64,000 nt of DNA from the NCBI GenBank assembly GCA_951406725.2, contig OX597836.1, positions 37,758,001-37,822,000 of the forward strand. Direction: 5' to 3'. The DNA is from Octopus vulgaris. Taxonomy: Eukaryota. The notes below the pieces were generated by a model, which was not told the DNA's origin, did no database searches, and saw only the letters and a list, made by a program, of their open reading frames with translations. The position numbers were made by a program, and so were the translations under genes. The first letter of the stretch is position 1, and each line of letters starts with the position of its first letter. Positions 12,461-26,054 of the stretch are shown one piece after another.

Positions 12461-13617
12461 ATCTAATATCTCTAAAATTGAAGTTTTCTGAGTGTGTTCG
12501 TACAGGAATGTAATGTACCTCAATAACTTCTACATCTTTCATCCGATTTCTTTAAAATTTTATACACAGCTGCTTCATACCCCAGACCCGAACATAGGTT
12601 ACTTAGATTTTGAAAAATCGATATCGAGGCCTCTAGAGCGATGGGAAGCAAACAGTAGATGATTCTTATTCATTTGCATTAATCAGCTGTTTTATAATCT
12701 ATAGGGTCTTCCATACTTTTTTATCTTTTTATAAAAGTGAAAGGATTTTGTCTATTTATTTATTTCCAATGTCCACCAGCAACGGTGATTAAACTGACTA
12801 AGAACACTGAACGCATACATTTCCACAATTCTCAACCGATTTTCACCAAACTTTACACAGACATTACTTATGCCCCAAGGATGGTCATTCACTAAACATT
12901 TTGCCCAGAACTCCCGCGTAAATGGACGCAAAGCTTAATCTCCATATTTGAACTGCATTAAACTTTAGCAAGCTTACCTTTACCTATTCTGAGTTACCTG
13001 AAAGGTGATGTTCCCTTCCCTTTCTTCTATTTGTTAATACCTTTGTTTGCCCAGCAATGCGTTGTTTCCCTTTAAGGATGCTTATTTACTCATCCATTAT
13101 GATATTTCGATTGTTGTTTTTTAAACAATCACATATAATTCGTCCCAAAGAATCAACCTTTAAATAGGAGTTTTATTTCCACTAGCAAAAGCTATACGTA
13201 TCTTTCAGAAAGCTCCATACCAATTTAACTTATGCAGCATTCGCTGATAGTTTATGCGCAGGCGATGTGGGAAGACAGAATAAAGGGGCTTTTGTTAGCT
13301 TATCTCTCCGAAAAAATAGCTTCCTTTGCTGTTGAAAAAATAAACTCAGAGAGGGGAAGTTTCAACATCTTACTTCAATTTCATTACAACATTTATGTGG
13401 CTGTTTCTGACAGGAAATTTAGCTTTCATGTAAAACAACTATATTTTGTAGCCATTATCCGTAATCTACTCCTAAAACACTTCAGTAGCTCTACTTTGCA
13501 CCGCTTACAAATTTATACGTTCTATGATTATTAAAGTGCAAGGATTTCCACAATAACCAACTTTCAATTTGATTTCCCGTTCCTTGGTTAATCGGAAACG
13601 TAAATCTTCTCGGTAGT
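12461..13617 (+). mobile_element. Diverged Helitron-like non-autonomous element
   Basis: ATCTAATATCTCTAAAA-type start, repeated CCGATTT(C/T)..AAA.TTTA.ACACAG motifs (12543, 12836), degenerate terminal hairpin. Confidence 0.4.
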
Positions 13618-13676
13618 TCAATTATTATATATATATATATATATTATGTATATTATATATATATATATATTATATA

Positions 13677-13708
<32 letters not shown>

Positions 13709-13763
13709 GATTTTGATTTTGATTTTCCAGTTTCAGCTAATGAGCTGTGGCCATGCTGGGGCA

Positions 13764-13825
<62 letters not shown>

Positions 13826-14011
13826 GACGGGATTCTTTCAGTTTCTGTCAACCAAATCCACTCGCAAGACTTAAATCACATACTTATTGCAGCGGTCCTT
13901 CAGTTTTCTAAGATCTTCAAAAGAACTATGAAGGTTGGTCCTTTAACCAGACCTTTCGCGACACCCTTAAAGCCAGGAAATTTTCAGCACCCCCTCGCTG
14001 GCCTGTATCTA

Positions 14012-14292
14012 TGACGTCAACATTTAACCAATATAAGATTCAGAGTGCTAATATACCATATATTAGTATATTAGACACAGTCCAATTCAGTAGCCCATAT
14101 TCAGGGAAAAAAAGATTTTAGTGCATTAAAACTGGTGGGGTGGGAGAGCTTCTCATATAGGACGGTAAAATTTTGGGGAAGAAACGGGCGTCTCGTATAC
14201 CATCATATATATCTTACATGTCATCAAATAATTCAACACGAAAACAGAGAGAAATTGAAATTTGAAATTATTCATAGCTGACAGTGACGTCA
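14012..14292. promoter_or_regulatory. Pair of palindromic CRE/ATF sites
   Basis: TGACGTCA at 14012-14019 and 14285-14292. Confidence 0.25.
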
Positions 14293-14784
14293 TTAAGTGG
14301 AGGGAAAGAGCTATACACCGGCGAACTCGTAAATTTTCGTTATCTAACTTTGTGGCCCAGACACCCTTTTACAATGAGCCTCAAGTACGTTTACGTAGGA
14401 TGACATATATATTACACTTAATTTAATTTTAAAATAAATGTTGAAAAAATATAAACTTGATTATTCATTATCTGAACAATAGTGAAAGTCCTTGAAAAGA
14501 AATATATAACTTGTAGTCAAGTAATATTTTAACCCAATAAAACAAACAAAACAATTGAGTTTACTCATAGCCATTTTCTGAGGTTCTCAGAAAACATATT
14601 TGTGCTGACGACACCAGAGACGTATAACAAGAATGAGTTATTTTCAGAGATAACGCATATAATAGGGTAGGATTTCAATTAACATTCAATGAATATATGT
14701 GGACTTTGCAAAGTGCACATAAAATGATTATAGAAATTTGCACATGTATGTGTACAAATACAGACACACTCATATATATATATA

Positions 14785-14896
14785 GACGCAGGAGTGGCTG
14801 TGTAGTAAGTAGCTTGCTTACCAACCACATAGCCTCGGGCCGACCAAAGCCTTGTAAGTGGATTTGATAGGCGGAAACTGAAAGAAGCCCGTCGTA

Positions 14897-14988
<92 letters not shown>

Positions 14989-15196
14989 TGTGTGTGTGTT
15001 TGTCCCCCTAGCATTGCTTGGCAACCGATGCTGGTGTGTTTATGTCCCCGTCACTTAGCGGTTCGGCAAAATAGACCGATAGAATAAGTACTGAGCTTAC
15101 AAAGAATAAGTCCCGGGGTCGAGTTGCTCGACTGGGAGCGGTGCTTCAGCCTGGCCGCAGTCAAATGACTGAAACAAGTAAAAGAGTAAAAGAGTA
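14785..15196 (+). mobile_element. SINE type A with internal deletion in the head
   Basis: CCAACCACAT joined directly to AGCCTCGGGCC. Confidence 0.9.
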
Positions 15197-15214
15197 AGAT
15201 ATATATATATTTAT

Positions 15215-15645
15215 ACCTTCTTTCTACTATACGCACAAGGCCTGCAATTTTGGGGGAGATGGCTAATCGATTATATCGACCCCAGTGTTTAACGGATGCT
15301 TATTTTATCGAACTCGAAAAGATGAAAGGCAAAGTCAGTATGGGGGAAATTTGAACTCATAGCATAAAGACGGACTAAATGCGACTAAGTATTTTGTCCG
15401 GCGTGTCACCGAGTCAGCCAGCTCACCGCCTTGTTATTTGCTAAAATAGGAAGTATGACTTCAAATTTTGATACAAGGCCAGCAATTTCGGACTCCAGCA
15501 CACAACTGGTACTTATTTTTATCGCTCCCAAAAGGAGAAAAGGCAAAGTCAGCCTCGCTGGAATTTGAATTAAGAACGCAAATACGAACAAAATGCTGCT
15601 AAGCATTTTTCCCGGCATGCCATCGAATCTACCGGCTCGCCGCCT
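15215..15645 (-). mobile_element. Two diverged SINE type B copies in tandem
   Basis: AAAGGCAAAGTC...ATTTGAA...CTC(A/G)CCGCCTT occurs twice. Confidence 0.75.
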
Positions 15646-15863
15646 TGCTATGAATATAGATATTAATAGTAAAACCAGTAATATTAGTAGTTGTACTTTC
15701 TAGTGTATTTTGACGGTATATTCTGGTATGTATATTGGTCTATATATGACCACTATGCATTAAACTTTAGGTTTTGTTTCGTGTAACAGCGCGAGAGATA
15801 ACTTACTACATAGCTGTTAGATAATTCGTGAAACATTATGTGTGTGTATACATATACATACAT

Positions 15864-15959
<96 letters not shown>

Positions 15960-16011
15960 CTTAGATTGGCTTCGGTCATTATTGGCCCATGACATGACTA
16001 ACACAATAGCA

Positions 16012-16300
16012 CTACATAGAAAAGTCTTTTAGTTGATTATTTCGGGACACCATGGACCGCTCAAGCAGAAAGTTGTTGTTGGTTGAGAGGTATCCAGGTG
16101 TTGGTGGTTTATCCGGTATTTCCTGGAGGAATTTGTCCTGGTACCCTTTGAAAGTTGTGGGGTCTTTTTCTACTTTAATTTCTTTAGGCATAATATTGAA
16201 AAGAGCAGGACCATTTGCAGTGAAGAAATTGTGTCGCAATGTTCTTATATGATGTGATCTCGACCTTTGTAGGGGACGCATTGCACGAGGGGGTGGGCTA
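16012..16300 (-). mobile_element. 3' fragment of a CR1/L2-like LINE ORF2
   Basis: HNFFTANGPALFNIMPKEIK...FKGYQDKFLQEIPDKP; homologous to the C-terminus of ORF 27999-28658. Confidence 0.8.
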
Positions 16301-16366
16301 GTCTTGAGTGAATTGTAAACATAATATTAGTGGAATATACAAATATATAATATACATACATATATA

Positions 16367-16582
16367 CGAGGGCGAGCTGGAAATTGCTGTCTTTGGGCAA
16401 AAGAAAATACAGGAGGATCAGTCAGTTGTGATTTTATTTAACATATTCTCGTCTCAGATTAACACATTTGTTGCAGCGGCCCTTCAGTTTTCCTAAGCCC
16501 TGTAACAAAACTCAGAAGGTCAAGCCTCCAACCAGACCTTTCATGACACCCTTAGAGCCAGGAACTTTTCAGCACCCCCTCG
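16367..16582. mobile_element. Mariner-derived MITE with TA TSD; partial copy at ~13870-13997
   Basis: TA|CGAGGG..GCTG.AAA...TTTTCAGCACCCCCTCG|TA. Confidence 0.75.
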
Positions 16583-16595
16583 TATGTATATATAT

Positions 16596-16665
<70 letters not shown>

Positions 16666-17090
16666 TTTTATTCTGTTATTCTTTCACTTGTTTCAGTCAT
16701 TTGACTGACGTCCTAGTATGGAGTCCTGCAAATTATGTTCATCTGGACGGTCGCACCGATGATCTACGGACATTTATTTAAGTAAAATTACGTATTATAT
16801 TAATAGTGAAACATGTGTGCGAATAATCCATATTTTTATTGCTTTTTCTTTTGTCTTGCTCGATTACGTTTTGGTTCTTCTGCTAAATTTTTCTTGAGAA
16901 CATTTCTTAGTGGTAAGACCATAGCGGATCTATTTCTAGTATAAGGGTGTCCACATAGTGGTTTCCCTCTAATATTTATATAATACAATTTTAGTGAACC
17001 GTCAGTTTTTTTTATATGCTAGACCACTGGTGTGAAGTCGATGTTAATTAAATTAATACCTAATTTCTCACCCTCATTTAAATTTACATA

Positions 17091-17127
<37 letters not shown>

Positions 17128-17361
17128 GTATGTATGTAAGTATGTATGTATGTATGTATGTATGTATGTATGTATGCATGTATGTATGTATGTATGTATG
17201 TAGTGATTGTCAGTAAATAAGAAGGATTTTCTATTATTTCTTGCTTTCCACTTCTTAGAAGTCAGAAGTGGAGCTAATCAGGAACATTGTCACATGAATA
17301 TGCTGACCCGATGAAGCAACTGATCAAGCATAATTGAAGACAAAGATAATGTCGTCTGTAG

Positions 17362-17691
17362 ATAACCTACGTCAGAGAAAGCTGTCCAATCATTGTCAAA
17401 TTTTTGCGTAATACGTGCCGTTCTTTCAGCAATGAAAAAAATAAGATAGAAAAGAGTTTTACTGCATTTAATAATGACAGCTTGAAACGATTTGTCGATT
17501 TTGACTGCAAAAAAAGTGAAATTGTCATCAACGCTGCGACGATGCTGGAAATTAATTCTGTTGATGTAGAATCATTTACAACTGCACTGCCACCTGAAAA
17601 ATTGTCATCACAGCCCACAGCGAATATAATATATAATTTAAATAACAAAAATATATTCCACTGCGTTAGACATGTTTATTTAGAAAGTTAA
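17362..17691 (+). CDS. Weak candidate terminal exon, product unknown
   Basis: 109 open codons of non-repetitive sequence after CTGTAG; no family recognised. Confidence 0.2.
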   Translation: MTYVRESCPIIVKFLRNTCRSFSNEKNKIEKSFTAFNNDSLKRFVDFDCKKSEIVINAATMLEINSVDVESFTTALPPEKLSSQPTANIIYNLNNKNIFHCVRHVYLES

Positions 17692-17901
17692 AGAAAAGAA
17701 TAAGAATAATATCCACCCTGTTCCAAAATTAACTCACGCTACAATGATTATAAAGATTACGTTGCAAAATATTACCTACATGTTATGTGGCCTGCCACAT
17801 TCTGTTGGCATATAAACATTATTATTTTGCTGAGGTTTCGCCTCAAATCAGTTCTGGAAGAGCAAAACTAAGTAATTCTAAGTAATTCCCACTGTGACGT
17901 G

Positions 17902-17952
<51 letters not shown>

Positions 17953-18008
17953 GAAATATTAAAATTACTAAGTCTCTCTAAAGAAGATTACGACAGCGTT
18001 ACTGGAAA

Positions 18009-18344
18009 TTAATAGTTATCGCCATACTAATATGGCAGTCTTATAAATATAAGACTAAAGCTGTCGCTGATTAGCTCCATGAGGCCATAAAGCCTTCGAA
18101 CTGGGACGATCAGTAGCGACACCTGCAAGTCTGACTACACTGCATTGATAAGGGGCAACAACCCTGAAACGTCGTCTGTAGCTGGCAGGATGAAGCGGCT
18201 GACCTCCCTTGTTCGACGGCTTATAATGGACGCAGTTTCTGTGTCAAATAGCTAGCTTAAGGCGATGGCCTCATGGAGCTAATCAGCGACAGCTTTAGTC
18301 TCATATTTATAAGACTGCCATATTAGTATGGCGATAACTATTAA
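18009..18344. mobile_element. Fold-back element / MITE with 80-bp terminal inverted repeats, TTAA at both ends
   Basis: 18009-18088 vs 18265-18344 are reverse complements with one mismatch. Confidence 0.85.
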
Positions 18345-18377
18345 TATATATATATATATATATATATCACTGTAATC

Positions 18378-18652
18378 ACTGAGACCGACGAGGCTATCAG
18401 ATGTTGCCACACATCGCTGGTCACAATGCGCTTCGCATTGTTTAAGCCTTCAAATGACGGGCAGGCCGACAGAAGAAAGAGTGAGAGAAAGTTGGGGCGA
18501 AAGAGTACAGCAGGGATGGGCACCACCCCATGCCGGAGCCTCGTGGAGCTTTAGGTGTTTTCGCTCAATAAACACTCACAGCGCCCGGTCTGGGAATCGA
18601 AACCGCGATCCTACGACCGCGAGTCTGCTGTCCTAACCACTGGGCTATTGCC
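18378..18652 (-). mobile_element. SINE type C head with tail X
   Basis: Tail ATGCGAAGCGCATTGTGACCAGCGATGTGT shared with 29637-29760. Confidence 0.85.
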
Positions 18653-18755
18653 ACACTCACACACACACACACTAACACATTCACACACACACATATATAT
18701 ATATACAATGTTATATAAGCTTACTTATATATATATACACACAATGTTATATAAG

Positions 18756-18802
<47 letters not shown>

Positions 18803-18865
18803 GAAATTTAAAGGAAAAGAAAAGGCGAAGACAGGTGCATAAGCAACAGTCTTTTACGTTCCGAG

Positions 18866-19380
18866 CAATCCCGTACTACCATAGCAATGTAAGGGTCTAC
18901 TTTAATGAAATTTTTCCAAACAGGAAGTTTGGACGCAAACGTTCTGTAGAATATCCCGCGTATTTACCCAACCTCACACCACTAGAATTTTTTATGAAGA
19001 TGCTCAAAAGAAAATGTTCTCGGTACCAAACCGGCGGCAGTCAACGAACTGAGGGTAGCAGTTGAACGAGAATACGCATATTTGTTTCTTTATTACCCAC
19101 AAGGGGCTAAACATAGAGGGGACAAACAAGGACAGACAAACGAATTAAGTCGATTACATCGACCCCAGTGCGTAAGTGGTACTTAATTTATCGACTCTGA
19201 AAGGATGAAAGGCAATGTCGACCTCGGCGGAATTTCAACTCAGAACGTAAATTTGAACAGACGAATATACACATAAATATTGTACGAAATGTTTCTTGGT
19301 GTTTTGCGATTTCGTTGCTTCGCATTATCAACGGTGCCTGGACTAGGACTGTCATCCTTTTGAAAACAGGCGTTCATTAA
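18866..19380 (+). mobile_element. Decayed Tc1/mariner transposase 3' fragment interrupted by SINE type B (19083-19265, minus)
   Basis: VRVYFNEIFPNRKFGRKRSVEYPAYLPNLTPLEFF resembles FP.RWIGR...WPPRSPDLTPLDFF. Confidence 0.7.
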
Positions 19381-19448
19381 ACTAAATTAAATTCTGTGTG
19401 TAGATTCTATTAAATTATGAAATGAAATGCATTGCAATAAGCACTGAC

Positions 19449-19869
19449 GGATCTTTTCCGTTTGACCGGCAGTTTTTAACATAATTTCTACGTAACTAAA
19501 AAAGTTTTAACTTTGTATACTGGTAGAATGTGTTTATAAAACATCTTTTTCTATTAACTTTATTGAGAAAATTCTATAGTTTGTAAGATATTTGCTGTTT
19601 TTTTTCTTCAATTTCTGTCATTTCAACCAATCACTGACGTCTATTTAGGTAAGAAAATACATTCTGTGTCGAATGAATATGTCCCTCATTTAAGAAACAG
19701 ATTGGGTTTATTTACATTTCTGAAGAAAAAAAAGCTACCCTTCCCCCCACCCCTAACCCTAACCCTAAAACAGATTAAAATGCAATAGATCGATACTAGG
19801 GTCATAATTATGGGTGACAATTTCATATGACACCGCTAGAAAAAACTGCCGTTCAAACCGAAAATATCC
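19449..19869. mobile_element. MITE with 8-bp TSD and GG..CC termini (Merlin-like)
   Basis: TIR GGATCTTTTC(C/G)GTTTGA(A/C)CGGCAGTTTTT; TSD GCACTGAC; second copy at 51706-52136. Confidence 0.9.
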
Positions 19870-20845
19870 GCACTGACTTTATAAACATTTAGTATGTGTC
19901 TACATATTGCGGACACCCTACGCACTCACACACACACACACACTCACATATATTGCGTGTAAAGGAAATTATATTATAAGTTTACTGTAGACCGTTGAGC
20001 ACTTTGTACCTTATATATCGAAATATGTATTTGGTAATATAATTCCTCTGTCACTTCTTTGAGTCATTGAATTCTGACTATAATGAAGCATCGTCTTGGA
20101 ATACATACATGTGTGCGAGTGTGTGTATGTGTGTATGCATATGCATGTATATGTATATATGTACGCGTTGGTGCGTGTAATGTGTTTGTATTTGCTATGT
20201 GTTCGTGGTTGTAGCTCATTAGTGACTGTAATGCGTGTTGTGTGCTACACGTTGTCGACTTTTAGTTTTTATGTGTTAATAATATTTCTGACTTTGTCTG
20301 TAGTTTAATGTGCATGCTAGTGTACCAGCCACTATACCATGTCTGTGATCGTACATGTGAGTAGCTGTGCAGTGGGTGAACGTTTGCCATCCATCCTATC
20401 GGATTGTTTTTGTTCGTTATTCTACAACTTCCCGAATGTGTCTGTGTTTGTGTATGCGTCTGCATTTTTGCGTTGGTGTTGGCCCATCCCAGATGTGCAA
20501 GCACTATTATAACATAAGGCACACTTGTATCTTCTAAAGGATCGACAGCTGTTCAGAAATTAAGTAATTTCGAGAAGTGCAGAGAAGGAATAGCGTTTCA
20601 GGAGCAACTGTGTTTATGTTGTAGATATGTGGCCGCCATGGGAGATCATCAGAAATTGTGAGGTCTGCCGTTTGTAAACTTTCGAAAGGTTTTAATTATA
20701 AACTCTTCATTTTGATGCAGAGAAGGCGTACTGTTATCAGTATGCTCCTTTGATATTTGTAATGACTTTATATTTTCGTTTGAACATATCACGTTGTTAT
20801 GTCACCATCGGAAAATAGCTTTAGAGTTTCCGTTCATTGACAGTA

Positions 20846-21398
20846 TTGGGTTGTCAGGAAAGTTCGTGCCGATTTTTAAATGAAAAGAAAAAGGTCAATA
20901 AATACTTGCTATTACATTTTTAATCAACCAAATATGAACCATTTTGTTGCACAATGCGTCTCCATCTTTCCTTTAACTTGAAAATACCCTCTTCCCAGAA
21001 CTGAGGTAGTTTCATGGGAAAGAATTCATTAAGGTATCTTTTTACGTCAACCAAGGAATTGAAATTTTTACCATTAAGACCTGAATAAGTGAAAATCCGA
21101 AGGAACAATATATGGTGAATATGGAGGGTAGGTTAACACATCCCAGCCGAGCTGCAGCAAGTTTTGTCTGGTTCCCAAAGTATCAAGTGCCGAAAATGAA
21201 CTTTCTTATCTTCCATTTTAAAGGGTTACAGAATTAACACAGGTTATAGGAACATATATCTTCTTCCACGAAAAGATATCTTAAACTGTGCTCTAAATGT
21301 AGGTATAGTAAAATCCTATTTTATGGACTCAATCATGTTCTAAAGTAAGTCGAAAGTTAAGCTACTATAAATCGGCACGAACTTTCCGGACAACCCAA
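20846..21398 (-). mobile_element. Internally deleted mariner element
   Basis: TIR TTGGGTTGTC.GGAAAGTTCGTGCCGATTT with TA TSD; ORF 20920-21108 gives FWEEGIFKLKERWRRIVQQNGSY (mariner C-terminus). Confidence 0.93.
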
Positions 21399-21975
21399 TA
21401 AATCACGTCCTATATAGGAATGTAGATTGCGGTTGGAGGTCACATTTGTTCAAAAGGTTATTCTGGAAAAAGCGTGTTTCTTTATAAGTGTCAGCAAATT
21501 GAGTTCCACGGTATGATAAACATTTGAGTAGAGTAAATATGTCTGCATTTCAGGATCGATGAAAGTTCTTTTGACTGTGGAAGACCATCAAAGAGAGTTT
21601 TTTTGTTGATATTGCTGTTGTTGTTGTTTGCTTCCATGCTAAGCCGAGATCATCCAGACTTATGATCAAATACATTCCACCACTGGTCCTCGAATATTTT
21701 CAGATAGAGTTTATATCTGAATTCTCTGTTTGTGAGGTTTCTTTGTGATTCGGGATAAATTTAGTAGCGAATTCTAACAAGTCACATAGATGTAGAGGGT
21801 TTGTAGGACACAGCGTGAGACGACTGTTGTTATCGTTAGGCCTAACTCATCGTAAAGTCAATACCACCATGACTGATATCCAATCTACATTGGAGAAGGC
21901 TAGCCACTGGATTTGGTTAAAAAGAGACGATGAGCGATGGCTAGAAGTATATTGAATTCTTCATAACCAGCTGAT

Positions 21976-22086
21976 CTAGCAAGCGGGGCCTCATATCAGT
22001 GAGGGGGCCGGTGCGCATTGATGCCGTCGAGAGGTAGGCTCCGAAACGGCGCGCATTCTCTCCTGATGACCCCATACACTTGCTAG
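21976..22086. ncRNA. Candidate structured RNA / long GC-rich hairpin
   Basis: Nested pairings CTAGCAAG/CTTGCTAG, GGGG/CCCC, ATCAG/CTGAT, GTGCGC/GCGCAT, GCCGT/ACGGC, GAG/CTC. Confidence 0.3.
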
Positions 22087-22807
22087 CTTCCGATATACGG
22101 AGCTTTTAACTGGTAGCACTTGCATGTGAAAGTTGTTTGCAAGACATCAGATATTAGTTCATAGTTGAATAATTTAATGGAATTACATAACGAGCTCAGA
22201 ATACACTCGTTAGTGATAACAGAAGAAGACTCATTGTCATTATATTTCAATGCGGTATTGTTTGAAAATAGATGCAATGTTCATATTAATCAATTAAATG
22301 GAGCTGCTTCAAACGGCCGTACTGAATTGACACCTGTACATCTTTGTTACTTATTTATGTTCTGCTCACCTAACATTGAATCTGCACATCGGAAAAACTA
22401 TAGAAAGTATCTTTATAAAAAGTACATGTCAGAATTACCAAGAACGGATATCTTCCCTTGGCTGGGTTGAGTTGTCTGCACACACGCAGGAATATTAGGT
22501 ACTAAAACCTTTACACGGAGTCTTGGTATTCAATACTCAAATTGTTGAGGTGTGGGGATTAGACCGAACTAGCAAGGTACCTCAATTTAAGTAGTTAATT
22601 CAACTGAATCTTAATTATGTGTGTGCGTGTGTATGTATGTATGTATGTATGTATGTATCAGCCGAAATTACGAAGATAATCTGGTACTCGACTGAGGAAA
22701 GAAAACTTCGATTGACCCATCCTTGTTTTCTTTGTATCGTCTATCTGGATGTTTTGTTGTCCCATTTTTTGTCCAGATATTTTGAGTTATTTATTTATAT
22801 TTTTGTA

Positions 22808-22872
<65 letters not shown>

Positions 22873-22893
22873 CGGCGTAGTACACTTTGGTCT

Positions 22894-22936
<43 letters not shown>

Positions 22937-23175
22937 ATATATGTATATATAAATTCATATATGCATGTATATGTATATATATAGGTGTGTGAGTGTGTGT
23001 GTGTGTGCGTGTGTGAGTGTGTACGTGTGTGTATAACTACTAAACACGAAACTCTCGGTCCTTGAGTCACTTATGTAACTTTACAATTAAGAAGTGAAAA
23101 ACTACAAAAAAGAAATATATACGTGCTTTAGTTTTCCTATTGAGTACTATTTCTCGTATTTGTGGCACCAACCTA

Positions 23176-23206
<31 letters not shown>

Positions 23207-24223
23207 GTGTGTGTGCGTGTGATTTGCTGATGTTGCTAAATTCGCAAGTATTGACGAGGAAGCCGAATGGCTTCCGCTTTCGAAGGAACTCTCTTGCAAT
23301 ATTTATTTTGTAACGATCCGCAGACACTTCCTTACCACATTCAGTGTCAAAATTTCAATGAACCTATAACCAGATACGCTATTTCTCACAAAATTATGAT
23401 ATAAAATAGAAATAAAAATGGCTTCGCTAATCATCTCCGATTTGTTGCTGTCTGACAATGATAACAGGTATGCGTGTAATCTGTTATTATAATCATGTAT
23501 TAATGTCTTGTAGAGACGTCGCGTTATTTCGTTATGCAACCAAAACCTCTATATATATAAAGCTGATGTTGTCTGTGTATGGCAGGTTTGGTAGCTTTCA
23601 ACTAACATTATCTCCTCCGCGACCCTGCAGCGCAAGTTGACCAAAATTGAGAGTATGATAGAAGAAGGCTTGCTTTTCCTTCCGTAGAAGAAAAAATTCA
23701 AATCAGACCATGTTAACACCAAAAATTATTTATATCAAAAAGGTGCTTTTTTTCTATGAAAATCCCTATTTTTAACGATTTTTTGACTGCTGTGTCTCAG
23801 TATTCATTTTCAGAATTTCTTACTCTCTCTGCTCTGTGACAATAGTAGAGTTGACCCACGTAGGTTTGTCTTTTCGCTTTTTGGACATATGAGGTTCCTA
23901 TTTGTTGTTAACGACATAATCAAATATCAAATCAATGTTGTCAGTTTTGTCTTGTGTATCAAAAGTAGCAATTCTGGGTATGCTTCTTTCAAATTTCTTC
24001 AGTTTTAAGTAACTAAGGGAAAACTCTAGCTAAATGAAAGTTCTGACTTCATCTTTGATTTACATTACTTTCTCTTTTATTTACAAACGTACATTACTCA
24101 TGCACACACAAATAAACATCAACACATACCTTTAATGGGTTCACCCATTATCTCCCTACTTGCTCTCACGGTGACGAACATTTGGGGACCGATTTTAGGT
24201 GGGCGTAATATGAGATCGTAGTG

Positions 24224-24291
24224 GGTAACTTGAAATCGATTTCAAATTACCCCCATCCCCGGGGGTTAATCTGAAGCGATTTCAAGTTACC
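24224..24291. repeat. Imperfect palindrome
   Basis: GGTAACTTGAAATCG...CGATTTCAAGTTACC outer arms; inner ATTACCCCC/GGGGGTTAAT. Confidence 0.8.
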
Positions 24292-24389
24292 AGGATGGTA
24301 ATCTGAATAGGAAGTAAACTGTGATCGCTATAGCGGCCATTGCAGCAGTCTACAACTTGGAAAGACAGTCGAGCTTACATACATTAAAA

Positions 24390-24503
24390 AGTACATACAT
24401 ATATGCATGCATACATACATACGTACACATATACATGCATACATATACATGTATAAACATCAGCATACATAAATACATACATATATGTATATATATATAC
24501 GTA

Positions 24504-24556
<53 letters not shown>

Positions 24557-24912
24557 GTATATATATACGTATATATAAACGTATATATATATGTATATAT
24601 ATATATACGTATATATATGTATATATATATATATATATGTGTATATATATATATATAGTATATATATATGTATATATATATATACGTATATATATGTATA
24701 TATATATATACGTATATATATGTATATATATATATATACGTATATATATATGCATATTTATATATACGTATATATATGTGTGTATATATATATATATAAG
24801 TATATATGTTTGTATATATATATATATGCATATATATATGTATATATATATGTAAATATGTATGTATATATATATGTATATATATATATATGTATATATG
24901 TACGTATATATG

Positions 24913-24947
<35 letters not shown>

Positions 24948-25085
24948 TATATGTATGTATATATGTATGTATATATGTATGTATATATGTATGCATATAT
25001 GTATGTATATATATATGTATATATATGTATATATATATGTATATATATATGTATATATATATGTATATATATATGTATATGTGTA

Positions 25086-25121
<36 letters not shown>

Positions 25122-25485
25122 TATATATATATGTATATATGTATGTATATATATATATGTATATATGCATATATATATGTATATATATATGTATATATGT
25201 ATGTATATATATATGCATATATATATGCATATATATATGTATATATATATGTATATATATATGTATATATATATGTATATATATATATGTATATATGTAT
25301 GTATATATATGTATATATATGTATATATATGTATATATATATATGTACATATGTATATATATGTGTGTGCGTGTGTGTGTGTGTGTGTTTGTGTATGTAT
25401 ATGTATATATGTATATATATGTGTGTATATATATATATGTATATATATATGTATATATATATATGTACATATGTATATATATATG

Positions 25486-25516
<31 letters not shown>

Positions 25517-25741
25517 GTATATATGTATGTATGTATGTATGTATATATGTATGTATGTATGTATATATATATGTATGTATGTATATATATATGTATATAT
25601 ATATATGTATATATATATGTATATATATATGTATATATATATGTATATATATATATATGTATATATGTATATATATATATATGTATATATGTATGTATAT
25701 ATATGTATATATATATATGTATATATGTATGTATATATATG

Positions 25742-25793
<52 letters not shown>

Positions 25794-26001
25794 TGTATAT
25801 ATATATGTATATATATATATATGTATATATATATATGTATATATATATGTATATATGTATATATATGTATATATATATGTATGTATATATATATGTATAT
25901 ATATATATATGTATATATATATGTATGTATATATATATATATGTATATATATATGTATATATATATGTATATATATGTATGTATATATATCTATGTATAT
26001 A

Positions 26002-26054
<53 letters not shown>

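Noticed and set aside
19751-19767. Telomeric repeat as a chromosome end or fusion site
   Set aside because: Only 2-3 units, internal to a MITE present in two copies.
21998-22069. SECIS or glycine-riboswitch reading of the GC-rich hairpin
   Set aside because: No AA motif at SECIS spacing; riboswitch similarity is limited to short words and implausible in an animal genome.
22088-22118. Short resemblance to antisense 18S rRNA (GAGCTTTTAACTG)
   Set aside because: Too short; no flanking rRNA similarity.
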